A stretch of 64,000 bases of DNA from Gammaproteobacteria bacterium. Lineage in GTDB: Bacteria > Pseudomonadota > Gammaproteobacteria > Eutrophobiales > Eutrophobiaceae. Shown piece by piece: positions 18,001 to 28,273 of the stretch. The translations under genes were made by a program, and so were the position numbers. Below the pieces are notes generated by a model. The model was not told where the DNA came from, made no database searches, and was given only the letters and a program-made list of their open reading frames with translations. The DNA lies in the NCBI GenBank assembly GCA_965222155.1, contig CBDCTH010000012.1, positions 2,592,001 to 2,656,000 on the forward strand, read 5' to 3'. The stretch's first letter is position 1. Each line of letters begins with the position of its first letter.

Positions 18001-20729
18001 ACGTGGACACAAGCACCGGCCGGGTGAAGCTGGCGAACCTGTCCGCCACCGATCCGGACGACAGTCGCCATACCTTCAGCGTCGTCGGCGCGGACATCTT
18101 CGAGATTACCGGCGCCGCGCTCTACCTGAAGCAGGGTGTAGTGCTGGATTACGAGACACAACCACGCCATGGCTTCACGCTCACTGCAACGGATGGCGGC
18201 GGCCTCAGCGTCACCGGCGCTGAGCAGACCCTTGCCGTGACCTATGCCAACGAGGCGCCGACCGAAGTGATTGTCACCTGGGTGCCCCCGGCCACGGACG
18301 GCGCCATCGCCGAGGACGTGGACACGAGCGCCGGGCCGGTGAAGATTGCCGAGCTGTCCGCGGTCGACCCGGATGCCGACGACAGCCACGTCTTCAGCCT
18401 CAGTGATACGACACTCTTCGAGATTGCCGGCACGGCGCTCTACCTGAAGCAGGGTGTGGGGCTGGATTACGAGACGCAGCCACGCCATGGCGTCACACTC
18501 ACTGCAACGGATGGCGGCGGCCTCAGCGTCACCGGCGCTGCGCAGACCCTTGCCGTGACCGATGCCAACGAGGCGCCGACCGAAGTGATTATCGCCTGGG
18601 TGCCCCCGGCCACAGACGGCGCCATCGCCGAGGACGTGGACACAAGTGCCGGGCCGGTGCAGCTGGCCGAGCTGTCCGCGGTCGACCCCGATGCCGACGA
18701 CAGCCACGTCTTCAGCCTCAGTGGCGCGGACATCTTCGAGATTACCGGCGCCGCGCTCTACCTGAAGCAGGGTGTGGGGCTGGATTACGAGACACAGTCA
18801 AGCTATGGTTTCACGCTCACTGCAACGGATGGCGGCGGTCTCAGCGTCACCGGCACTGAGCAGACCCTTGCCGTGACCAATGCCAACGAGGCGCCGACCG
18901 AAGTGATTGTCGCCTGGGTAGCCCCGGTCACGGACGGCGCCATTGCCGAGAACCTCGACACCCGCGCCGGCCCGGTGCAGGTGGCAACGCTGTCCGCCAC
19001 TGATCCGGACGCCGGGGACCAACACCGCTTCACCCTGGAGGGTGAGCAGGCGGCAGTGTTCGAGGTGGCCGGCAGCGACCTGTCTCTCAGGCAGGGCGTG
19101 GTGCTGGACCGTGAGACCCACCCGGCCTACCCCTTTACGGTCGTGGCCCGTGACACAGCGGGGCTGCGCGTCAGTACGGCAGTCGTCCTAGAAGTATCCG
19201 CTGAGACCGATACGCGGGCCCGGGCGCGGCTTAAGCGGGTCAACCGGGCCATTCTCCCGGCATTGTCCCGGGCCCTGGTGGCCGGTACCCTGGACGCCGT
19301 AGAGCGGCGCATTGACAGTGCCGGCGCGGCGCCGGGCGCGGCCACGCCGGCCGAGACTCTGGCGGGGCTGCTGTGGGGGCAGGCTGAGTCCCTGCGTGCG
19401 GGGCGCTGGGCAGAGGTGCTGGGGCGCTCGTCCTTTGCCCTGCGCCTGGACGAGGGGCCCCGCCGCCGGGGGGCTGAACACTATCACCCTGTGGGGCGGG
19501 GGCGATTACCGGCGCCTGTCCGGGGGGGCTGACGACCGGGCAGGGGCCGCTGACCCGGTGCACTGGGACGGCGCCGTGCTGAGCGCCCGCCTGGGGCTGG
19601 ACGCCCGGCTCCGGGACGACCTGCTGGCGGGTCTGGCGCTGTCCTGGGCCAAGGGCGAGTTTGACTACACCGACCGGGGTGCGGCCGGCTACCTGCCCAT
19701 AGAGGGCGCCCATGAAAGCCGGCTGCTGAGTGTCTACCCCTACGTGGGCTGGCACCCCCGGGCCGAGTTAGGTCTGTGGGGCATGGCGTAGGCGAGGTGC
19801 GGCTCCGGGACGCTGAGGCCGGCCGGCAGGCCGCGGACAGTGAGCAGGCCACGGCGGCGCTGGGTGGTCGGGTGCGGCTGTTTGCAGGCAACAGTCTGGT
19901 TGCCGGCGGGGCGACGGTGTTGAATCTCAAGGGTGCGTGGTGGGGCTCGCGCTATGAGGTGGCGGCGGCGGGGTTGATTGAGGGGCTGGCGACGGACGTG
20001 TGGCGGCTGCGCCTGGCGCTGGAGGGCTCGCATGCGCAGCGCCTGGCCGGGGGCGGGACCGTGACGCCTTCGGTGGCGTTGGGGCTGCGCCATGACGGCG
20101 GCGATGGCGTGACCGGCGGCGGGCTGGAGTGGGGCGGCGGGCTGGTCTGGTTTGATCCGGCCCGGGGGCTGCGGGTAGAAGGCTATGGCCGGGCGCTGCT
20201 GGCGCACGCGGGGGACATCGAGGAATGGGGCGTCGGGGGACTGGTGGTGCTGACGCCGGGGACGGACGGGCGCGGGCTGTCGTTCCGTGTGCGCCCGGGT
20301 TGGGGCGTGGTGGACGGCCTGGCTGCCGGGCAGGCCGGGGCCGGCGCTGTTGAGCGGCTCTGGGCGCGGAGCTCGGACGTTGGGGGCAGTGGGCCTGGGT
20401 CACCGTCCCGCGGGGTGCGGTGGGAGACCGAGTTGGGTTATGGGCTGGCGACCGGGGGCGGTCTGCTCACGCCTTATGGGGGCATGGTAGTGGACGGGGG
20501 CGGGCGGCGTTACCGGTTGGGCGGGGTGTTCGAGCTGGGCCGCGCACTGACGCTGAGTCTGGAGAGTGCGCGCCGGGAGGGTGTGTTCGAGTCCCCGGAC
20601 CATGGCCTCATGCTGAGGCTGCGCTACGGGCTGGGGGGTGCGGGGTTGGCGACCCCGGCGCGTGGGTTACACGGGCCGCATACCCTGGGACGCGGCCCCG
20701 GTTGGGAACAGGACAGCAGTGCCCGCTAA
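15067..20729 (+). pseudogene. Large fibronectin type III repeat + cadherin-like repeat autotransporter, frameshifted into four ORFs
   Basis: Repeated LTVSW..P..NG..ISDYDVQY..LTNGQ.YDVQVRA.N..G..W; cadherin-like LSATDPD/LDYET units; C-terminal barrel LSARLGLDARL...GLRHDGGDG...WETELGYG; breaks near 16305, 19460 and 19788. Confidence 0.85.
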
Positions 20730-21087
20730 CCCGTATATCTCACCAATTGATGCGCTGACAAATCGTCAGGACAGCCGATTTACAAAGTATATCCTGTACT
20801 TTGCCTGCCCCGTCGGGGCCAGGCTCGCGCGGCGCGACTGTTCAACAGCTCCCGGCAGATTTGTGATGTGCGCCTTACATCTCTCCGGGGACGGATTTCA
20901 AATCCGTCCCCTTGTGCGTCCCCTTATGCACTCACGTGCCCGCTGGCGGCACAAAAAGCAACTGACACCTCAGCGCGCCGGATAAGCGTATGCGGTTGCC
21001 CTGCCTGATTGTAGAGTCTGTGATTGTAGAGTCTTGCATTTTATTGAATAACTGATTTAATATATCAAAGGAAATAGGGTAAACGTA

Positions 21088-23529
21088 ATGTCGAACATAA
21101 CAAAAACGTCTCAGCGACCGCCGGTACGGAAAAAGACTCTTGCCATTGCGATGTCGGCCCTGCTCGGCGGCGCCCAAGCTGCGGATGCGCAACAGGTGCT
21201 GGAGGAAATCGTCGTTACCGCCACCAAGCGGGAAGCCAACCTGCAGGACATTCCGGTATCAATCACTGCCTTCACTACCGATGATATTCAAAGGCGCGGC
21301 TTCAGGGGCTTGCAGGACTATGCCAGTTATATTCCGGGACTTGCACTCGGGCAGCGCGAACCAGGGGGGAATTCAGTCGTTTTCCGCGGCGTTGCCGCCT
21401 CGGGAATCCAGTTCGGCACCAACCCCTCCAGCGGCGTCTACCTGGATGAACAGCCCATCACCGCCGCCGGCATCAACCCGGACCCGCGCTTGATCGATAT
21501 TGAGCGGGTCGAAGCCCTGAGCGGTCCCCAGGGCACGCTGTTCGGCGACGCGTCACAATCGGGCACCCTGCGGATAATCACCAATAAGCCGGATGCAACC
21601 GAATTCGACAGTTGGATAGATGCCTCCGGTTCACAGGTCGACGGCGGCGACGCCGGCTATGACGTCAGCGCCATGGTCAACCTGCCCGTCAGTGAAAACC
21701 AGCTTGCCATTCGGTTGGTGGGTTTCCATGCGGAAGATGCCGGCTATATCGACAACGTGCTCGGCGCCAGCGCAGGAGGCACTTTTACCAACGCAGACCT
21801 GGTAGAGGATGACGTCAATACTACAGAAACCACCGGCGGCCGGGTCGCGGCGCGCTGGACACCGAATGATGACTGGACCCTGGATATTTCTGCGCTGTAC
21901 CAGGAGACCAATGCCGACGCTTTTGCCGATACCAACATCGAGGTGGGCGGCCTGGAGCAGGTACGCTTCGCCGAGGAAAAACTGAACGAGGAATGGTACC
22001 AGATCGGCCTGACCCTGCAGGGTAACCTGGGCTTTGCCGATGCCCTGGTGCATGCGTCCTATTTCAATCGCGACTTCCGTTATGACGCCGACGGCACCGA
22101 TTACCAGTTTGCATTCAACCAGTTGTTCGATGATGTATATTATGATGTCTACAATTTCGGCGGCGACCCGCAGAACGGATTTGCCATCAATGATATCAAC
22201 AATGACCGCTGGACCGTGGAGGCGCGTTTATCGACGCCTGTTGATTCCGGCAGCAAGTGGTTCGGACTGGTGGGGCTGTTCTACAATCACTCCGAGGAAA
22301 AATCACTGTTTGCTGCCGGGAACGACAGTTTCGCCGGTTCGCCGGGCTTTTACTACCTGGCCTATAACGTTGAATTCAACAACCCGGTCTATATAGATTA
22401 TGACGGGACCATCCCCAACCCGGATTTCGACCCGTATTCTGCTTCCCTGAACGGCCTGCCTCCCGGCAGCTGGGAGGCTAACAGCAACTGGTTTTTCGGC
22501 ACCTATGATGAGACTATCGAGCAGTTCGCCATTTTCGGGGAGATGAGTTTCGATTTTACCGAAAACTTTACAATCACCGCGGGGGGACGCTGGTTCCGGG
22601 TTGAACGTGATTTCCACCTGGTGCAGGGCGGCCTGCAACAGGACGGAATAGAGCCTGACTATGCTACTGATTTCATCGTCACCGATGAAATGGTCAGCGG
22701 ACTGGATCATGGTTTCGTACCCAAGGTAAACCTGACCTGGCGCTATAGTGATGACGACATGGTCTATTTTACCTATTCACACGGTTTCCGTAGCGGGGGC
22801 GGAAACGGGTCGAAGCGTATTTCGGGTATTCCGCGTTCGTACGATTCGGATACCTTGAAGAACCTGGAAGTCGGGGCAAAAACCACCTGGTTTGACGGGC
22901 GATTGCGGGCTAATTTCACCGCTTACATGATGAATTGGGAGGACATACAGGTACAGGTTGAAGATCCCAACCCGCTGGTATTCTCCCTGGGGATTGTCAA
23001 TTTCCCGGCAGCAGAGGTGGACGGCTTCGAGTTTGACTTTGCCTGGCTGCCCGCCGAAGGCTGGGACCTGAGTGGCACCGTTGCCTATAATGATGCAAGG
23101 ATCTCTCAATCAGCCTCGCTGGATTTCCTGGGATTTACCCTTGACGCAGAGGAAGGAAGCAGGCTGCCAATTACCCCGGAATGGAAAGCCAGCCTGTCTG
23201 CAGAGTATACCTTCCCGCGCATGATGTTCGGCGCCGAACCCTACGTGCGGTTTGATTACGCTCACACCGGCGAGTCCATCAATGCCCTGGAAGGGCTTGA
23301 ACCCATCGTATCCCTGGAATCCGATCCGCCGACGACAATCCAGAAGGCTTTTAATGTAGGAAACTTCAGCATGGGGCTGGATAACGAATCCTGGAGTGCC
23401 TCTTTCTACATCAACAACGTCTGGGATGAGCGCGGGACCACATTCGTCAATAACCGCTGGGCCGAACGGCGCTTCGGCGTGAATCAGCCGCGCACCTTCG
23501 GCGTCACTTTCAGAAAAAACTTCAGGTAA
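21088..23529 (+). CDS. TonB-dependent receptor (upstream of the polyamine operon)
   Basis: LEEIVVTATKREANLQDIPVSITA, GPQGTLFG, C-terminal PRTFGVTFRKNF. Confidence 0.93.
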   Translation: MSNITKTSQRPPVRKKTLAIAMSALLGGAQAADAQQVLEEIVVTATKREANLQDIPVSITAFTTDDIQRRGFRGLQDYASYIPGLALGQREPGGNSVVFRGVAASGIQFGTNPSSGVYLDEQPITAAGINPDPRLIDIERVEALSGPQGTLFGDASQSGTLRIITNKPDATEFDSWIDASGSQVDGGDAGYDVSAMVNLPVSENQLAIRLVGFHAEDAGYIDNVLGASAGGTFTNADLVEDDVNTTETTGGRVAARWTPNDDWTLDISALYQETNADAFADTNIEVGGLEQVRFAEEKLNEEWYQIGLTLQGNLGFADALVHASYFNRDFRYDADGTDYQFAFNQLFDDVYYDVYNFGGDPQNGFAINDINNDRWTVEARLSTPVDSGSKWFGLVGLFYNHSEEKSLFAAGNDSFAGSPGFYYLAYNVEFNNPVYIDYDGTIPNPDFDPYSASLNGLPPGSWEANSNWFFGTYDETIEQFAIFGEMSFDFTENFTITAGGRWFRVERDFHLVQGGLQQDGIEPDYATDFIVTDEMVSGLDHGFVPKVNLTWRYSDDDMVYFTYSHGFRSGGGNGSKRISGIPRSYDSDTLKNLEVGAKTTWFDGRLRANFTAYMMNWEDIQVQVEDPNPLVFSLGIVNFPAAEVDGFEFDFAWLPAEGWDLSGTVAYNDARISQSASLDFLGFTLDAEEGSRLPITPEWKASLSAEYTFPRMMFGAEPYVRFDYAHTGESINALEGLEPIVSLESDPPTTIQKAFNVGNFSMGLDNESWSASFYINNVWDERGTTFVNNRWAERRFGVNQPRTFGVTFRKNFR

Positions 23530-23566
23530 GGTCTTTTCGTCAAAATGCCGGCCAGCTGTCGTTCAT

Positions 23567-24916
23567 GTGCAGGCTAATGGTATGACCATGTTCAAAAAAT
23601 GGTTCCAGGATAATGCCATCGAAGAGGTGGAAGTGCTGATCCCGGATATTGCCGGGATGGCCAGGGGAAAGTTTGTGCCGGCGGAACGTTATCTGGCGGA
23701 TAACGGCATCCGTATTGCCAAAGGGCTGTTTACCCAGACCATTACCGGAGATTACATCGAACTGGTTGAGATCATCAATCCTGCCGATATCGATATGGAA
23801 GCCAGGCCGGTAGCGGAAACAAAACGTAAAGTTCCCTGGGCGCCTTACCCGACGGCTCAAATCATCCATGATTGCTATCATCTTGACGGAACCCCCGTGG
23901 AAATTGCCCCCAGGCAGGTATTGAAACGCATACTCGACCTGTATGAGAAACAGGGCTGGCAGGCCGTTGTTGCGCCGGAGATTGAATTTTACCTGGTCAA
24001 GACCAATACCAATGCGGATTTGCCGCTGGAACCCCCAACCGGCCGCTCCGGCCGGCAGGAGCAGGCCCGGCGCACCTTCAGTATCGACGCCTTGAATGAA
24101 TTCGAGAACGTGGTTGAGGATATCTACGATTTTTCAGAACAACAGGAACTCGATATTGAGACGCTCTCCCATGAAGACGGTATTGCCCAGTTGGAGGTCA
24201 ATTTCCTGCATGGCGACCCGATGAGGCTGGCCGACCAGGTGTTTACCTTCAAAAGAACGGTGCGCGAGGCGGCATTCAAGCAAGATATGTATGCCACTTT
24301 CATGGCCAAACCACACCAGCATCAGCCGGGCAGTTCAATGCACCTGCACCAAAGCATTGTAGATAAAAAAACCGGTAAAAACATTTTCGCAAGCAAGAGC
24401 GGCAGGCCCAACAAGCTGTTCAGGAGTTATATTGCCGGCTTACAGAAATACCTGCCCGCAACCATGCCCCTGTTTGCGCCCAACGTGAATTCCTACCGGC
24501 GGATCACCCGTTACTATGCGTCCCCCATCAACACCCACTGGGGTTTCGATAACCGTACCGTCGGCCTGCGTGTGCCGCTGGCGCCGGCCGAGGCCACCCG
24601 GGTTGAAAACAGGGTGCCCGGTTCCGACACCAATCCGTATCTTGCCATCGCCGCGTCACTGGCCGCAGGTTACCTGGGGATGGAAGAAAAACTCGAACCC
24701 ACCAAACCGCTGGAGAGTAGCGCCCATGAACGGGCCATCACCCTGCCCAGGGACATGCATTCGGCATTGAAACTCATGCGGAGATGCGCGCCCGTACGCC
24801 GCCTGCTCGGTGAAGAATTTATCCAGGTCTACAATGCTGTCAAGGAACTTGAATACGAAACCTTTTTCCAGGTTATCAGTTCCTGGGAACGGGAACACCT
24901 GTTGTTGAATGTGTAA
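23567..24916 (+). CDS. Glutamine synthetase-like gamma-glutamylpolyamine synthetase (PuuA/SpuB-like)
   Basis: VAPEIEFYL, HEDGIAQLE, FMAKP...PGSSMHLHQS, RVENRVPG, ISSWEREHLLLNV. Confidence 0.88.
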   Translation: MQANGMTMFKKWFQDNAIEEVEVLIPDIAGMARGKFVPAERYLADNGIRIAKGLFTQTITGDYIELVEIINPADIDMEARPVAETKRKVPWAPYPTAQIIHDCYHLDGTPVEIAPRQVLKRILDLYEKQGWQAVVAPEIEFYLVKTNTNADLPLEPPTGRSGRQEQARRTFSIDALNEFENVVEDIYDFSEQQELDIETLSHEDGIAQLEVNFLHGDPMRLADQVFTFKRTVREAAFKQDMYATFMAKPHQHQPGSSMHLHQSIVDKKTGKNIFASKSGRPNKLFRSYIAGLQKYLPATMPLFAPNVNSYRRITRYYASPINTHWGFDNRTVGLRVPLAPAEATRVENRVPGSDTNPYLAIAASLAAGYLGMEEKLEPTKPLESSAHERAITLPRDMHSALKLMRRCAPVRRLLGEEFIQVYNAVKELEYETFFQVISSWEREHLLLNV

Positions 24917-24938
24917 TATATTTGTATATTTTTAATTA

Positions 24939-26306
24939 ATGGATAATTACACTACAAACAGGACCTCAGACTGGCAGGCGGTTGATCGCGCTCACTACCT
25001 GCATTCTTTTACCGATACAAAAGCATTGGCCGAAGAAGGCTGCCGGGTGATCACCCGCGCAGACGGGGTTTATATCTGGGACTCGGACGGGAACCGCCTG
25101 CTGGACGGCATGGCCGGTTTGTGGTGTGTCAACGTGGGTTACGGCCGTAAGGAGCTGGCGGAAGCGGCGTATAGACAACTGCTGGAGTTGCCCTATTACA
25201 ATAATTTCTTCAAGACTTCCCCGCCAACGGCAATTGAATTGGCAGGAGTGCTGGCGCAGGTCACGGCGCCGCATTTAAATCATGTTTTTTTTACGAATTC
25301 AGGTTCTGAGGCTAACGATACCGCATTCAGACTGGTGCGACGCTACTGGGACCTGGCGGGCAAACCCGGAAAAGAGGTGATTATCAGCCGTGACCTCGCC
25401 TACCACGGCAGCACGGTCGCGGCGGCCAGCCTGGGCGGACAGAAACTGATGCATGAACAAGGTCACTTGCCGATACCCGGCATCAGGCATATCGCGCCCC
25501 CGTACTGGTACCGGGACGGAGGTGATTTGTCCCCGGAGGAATTCGGTAAGGCTGCCGCCCGACTGCTGGAACAGGAAATCATCTCATTGGGCGCGGAGCG
25601 GGTTGCCGCTTTCATTGGCGAACCGATTCAATGTGCCGGCGGGGTGATTATCCCGCCGGAAAGCTATTGGCCGGAAATTCAACGCATCTGCAATGAATAC
25701 GACGTCCTGCTGGTCGCGGACGAGGTAATCTGCGGTTTCGGCCGTCTTGGCACCTGGTTTGGTTCCGACTACTACCGGTTGCAACCTGACCTGATGCCGA
25801 TAGCCAAGGGATTATCGTCCGGCTACCTGCCTGTCGGTGGCGTGATGGTGGCGGATCGAATCACTGATTTGTTTATCGCAGAAGGTGAGGAATTCGCCCA
25901 CGGCTTCACCTACTCCGGCCACCCCGCTGCGTGTGCGGTAGCCCTGGCTAATATTGCCATCTTGCGGGATGAGAAAATCGTGGAAAACGTAAGAGATAAC
26001 ACTGGGCCCTATCTTGAACAGCGCTGGAACGAACTCGCGCAACACCCTCTGGTGGGTGAGACGAGAGGCGTCGGTTTCCTCCGTGCATTGGAACTGGTAA
26101 AGAATAAACAATCCCGGGAGTTTTTCGATCCCGTAGGCAAAATCGGACAGATCTGTCGTGATATTTGTTTTAACAACGGCCTGGTCATGCGTGCAATACG
26201 TGACACCATGGTCGTCTCCCCACCCCTGATATTGACGAGAGAACAGATTGACGAACTCGTCGAATTGGTCAACAAGTGCCTGGACTTGACCGCAAGAGAA
26301 CTGTGA
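24939..26306 (+). CDS. spuC: Putrescine:pyruvate aminotransferase (class III PLP), SpuC-like
   Basis: DGMAGLWCVNVGYGR, SGSEANDT, DEVICGFGRLG, AKGLSSGYLP, HGFTYSGHP. Confidence 0.85.
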   Translation: MDNYTTNRTSDWQAVDRAHYLHSFTDTKALAEEGCRVITRADGVYIWDSDGNRLLDGMAGLWCVNVGYGRKELAEAAYRQLLELPYYNNFFKTSPPTAIELAGVLAQVTAPHLNHVFFTNSGSEANDTAFRLVRRYWDLAGKPGKEVIISRDLAYHGSTVAAASLGGQKLMHEQGHLPIPGIRHIAPPYWYRDGGDLSPEEFGKAAARLLEQEIISLGAERVAAFIGEPIQCAGGVIIPPESYWPEIQRICNEYDVLLVADEVICGFGRLGTWFGSDYYRLQPDLMPIAKGLSSGYLPVGGVMVADRITDLFIAEGEEFAHGFTYSGHPAACAVALANIAILRDEKIVENVRDNTGPYLEQRWNELAQHPLVGETRGVGFLRALELVKNKQSREFFDPVGKIGQICRDICFNNGLVMRAIRDTMVVSPPLILTREQIDELVELVNKCLDLTAREL

Positions 26307-26321
26307 ACAGGAGAGAATAAC

Positions 26322-28145
26322 ATGAGCTGGCAACATCAAATATTACGGGTCAACCTGACCGATCTGAACTGTACAATAGAACCGCTAAACGAGGAATGGG
26401 CGCAATCCTACCTCGGACAACGGGGACTGGGCACCAAGTACCTGTATGAAGAGATAGACCCCAGAGTCGATCCGGTATCTCCTGAAAATAAGTTAATCTT
26501 TGCAACCGGCCCGTTGACCGGCACCATGGCCTCAACCGGGGGGCGCTATTCCGTCATTACCAAAGGCGCATTGACCAATGCCATCGCCTGCTCCAATTCC
26601 GGCGGCCAGTTCGGCGCCGAACTGAAGCTGGCCGGGTATGACCTGCTTATCCTGGAGGGCAAGGCGCCGGAACCCGTTTACCTTTATATCGAAAACGACC
26701 GTGTGCGCCTGCTCCCTGCCGACCACCTGTGGGGCCGGACCGTCTGGGAAACGGAAACGACCATCAAGCAGGCCCACAGCGACCCGCTTATCCACGTCGC
26801 CTCGGTCGGTCCCAGCGCTGAGTATGGCTGCCGTTATGCCTGCGTTGTCAATGATATGCACCGGGCGGCCGGACGTTCGGGTGTAGGCACGGTAATGGGA
26901 TCAAAACACCTGAAAGCAGTTGCCGTCAGGGGCACGAAAGGTCTCAGCGTGTCGGACCCGGAAGCATTTATGCAGGTAGTAAGGAGCACCGCACAAGCTA
27001 TGCGGGAAGACGACGGGCGCAAAGCCTTGACCAAGGATGGCACCATCAGCATGATGGATACGACCAACGTCTACGGCACACTGCCCACCCGGAATTTCCG
27101 CGACGTCCAGTTCGAAGGCGCCGACAAGATAGGCCTGGGCGCGATGAAGGCAGTGAATGAAAACGGCCACTCCAACCTGGTGACAAACAGCGCCTGCTTC
27201 GGCTGCACTATCGGCTGTGGCAGAGTCTGCCGCATCGACCCGGAGCATTTTTCCGTCAAGGACAAGCCGCAATACCACGGCGCCTCCGGTGGACTCGAAT
27301 ACGAAACGGCCTACGCCCTGGGCTCCGGCGTGGGGGTAAGCGACATCGACGCCGCCACCTATTGCGGTTTCCTCTGCAATGAATACGGTATGGACCCCAT
27401 CTCTCTGGGCGGCTCCATCTCCGCGGCCATGGAATTATTTGACATCGGCGCGCTTGATGAATCGGTGACCGGCGGCATCAAACTGGAATTTGGTTCAGCC
27501 GAGGCCTTATGCGCAATGACGGAGGCCGTTGCCAGGGGAGAAGGGTTCGGCCGGGATATCGGCATGGGCTCGAAGTTGTTGTGTGAAAAGTATGGCCATC
27601 CCGAACTTTCCATGTCAGTCAAGGGCCAGGAATTTGCCGCCTATGACGGGCGCAGCATGCAGGGTATGGGCCTGGGATACGCCACCAGCAACCGCGGCGC
27701 CTGTCACTTGCGCGCCGCTCCTTATGAGGATGATTTCACTACCCTGGAACCCGCCGGCAAGGCGCAGGTGGTCAAGGAGACACAGGACTTCATCGCCGCA
27801 GTCGATTCCAGCGGGTTATGCCTTTTCTCAGGCTTCGGCGGCTTTTCCAATGAACTGGTTGCAGGACACATCAACGCCGCCTGTACGGGGGGATGGGACC
27901 TGGAACGTTTGCAGGAAACCGGGGAACGCATCTGGAACCTGGAACGGCAATTCAACCTGGCTGCCGGGTTGACCGCCAGTGACGATACCCTGCCGCCCAG
28001 AATTCTTACCGAGCCGGCTCCCAGCGGCGTGGCAAAGGGATGGGTGTGCAAGCTGGACGAGATGCTGCCGAAATATTACCGGCTGCGCGGCTGGGATGAA
28101 GCCGGCGCACCATCTCCCGAAACCCTGGCGCGGCTCGGACTTTAG
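26322..28145 (+). CDS. Aldehyde:ferredoxin oxidoreductase (AOR family, tungstopterin)
   Basis: SNSGGQFG, RAAGRSGVGTVMGSK, CFGCTIGC, LEYET, RGACHL, YYRLRGWD. Confidence 0.92.
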   Translation: MSWQHQILRVNLTDLNCTIEPLNEEWAQSYLGQRGLGTKYLYEEIDPRVDPVSPENKLIFATGPLTGTMASTGGRYSVITKGALTNAIACSNSGGQFGAELKLAGYDLLILEGKAPEPVYLYIENDRVRLLPADHLWGRTVWETETTIKQAHSDPLIHVASVGPSAEYGCRYACVVNDMHRAAGRSGVGTVMGSKHLKAVAVRGTKGLSVSDPEAFMQVVRSTAQAMREDDGRKALTKDGTISMMDTTNVYGTLPTRNFRDVQFEGADKIGLGAMKAVNENGHSNLVTNSACFGCTIGCGRVCRIDPEHFSVKDKPQYHGASGGLEYETAYALGSGVGVSDIDAATYCGFLCNEYGMDPISLGGSISAAMELFDIGALDESVTGGIKLEFGSAEALCAMTEAVARGEGFGRDIGMGSKLLCEKYGHPELSMSVKGQEFAAYDGRSMQGMGLGYATSNRGACHLRAAPYEDDFTTLEPAGKAQVVKETQDFIAAVDSSGLCLFSGFGGFSNELVAGHINAACTGGWDLERLQETGERIWNLERQFNLAAGLTASDDTLPPRILTEPAPSGVAKGWVCKLDEMLPKYYRLRGWDEAGAPSPETLARLGL

Positions 28146-28273
28146 ACAAGGGGCATGCCAAGGATAATCAGCAGGTGCTCCCGCTAAATCGAGGTCAATA
28201 CAGAAGACGGGGGGGACAGATTTAAATCTGTCCCCCAGGAGTCGAAAAATCCCTATACGATGAGGAAAGTTGC

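Noticed and set aside
15052-20758. Many long antisense/alternate-frame ORFs in the autotransporter region
   Set aside because: Shadow ORFs caused by high GC and repeats
10126-21003. Single large transposon with target duplication
   Set aside because: No direct repeat found flanking any pairing of the ISAs1-like ends
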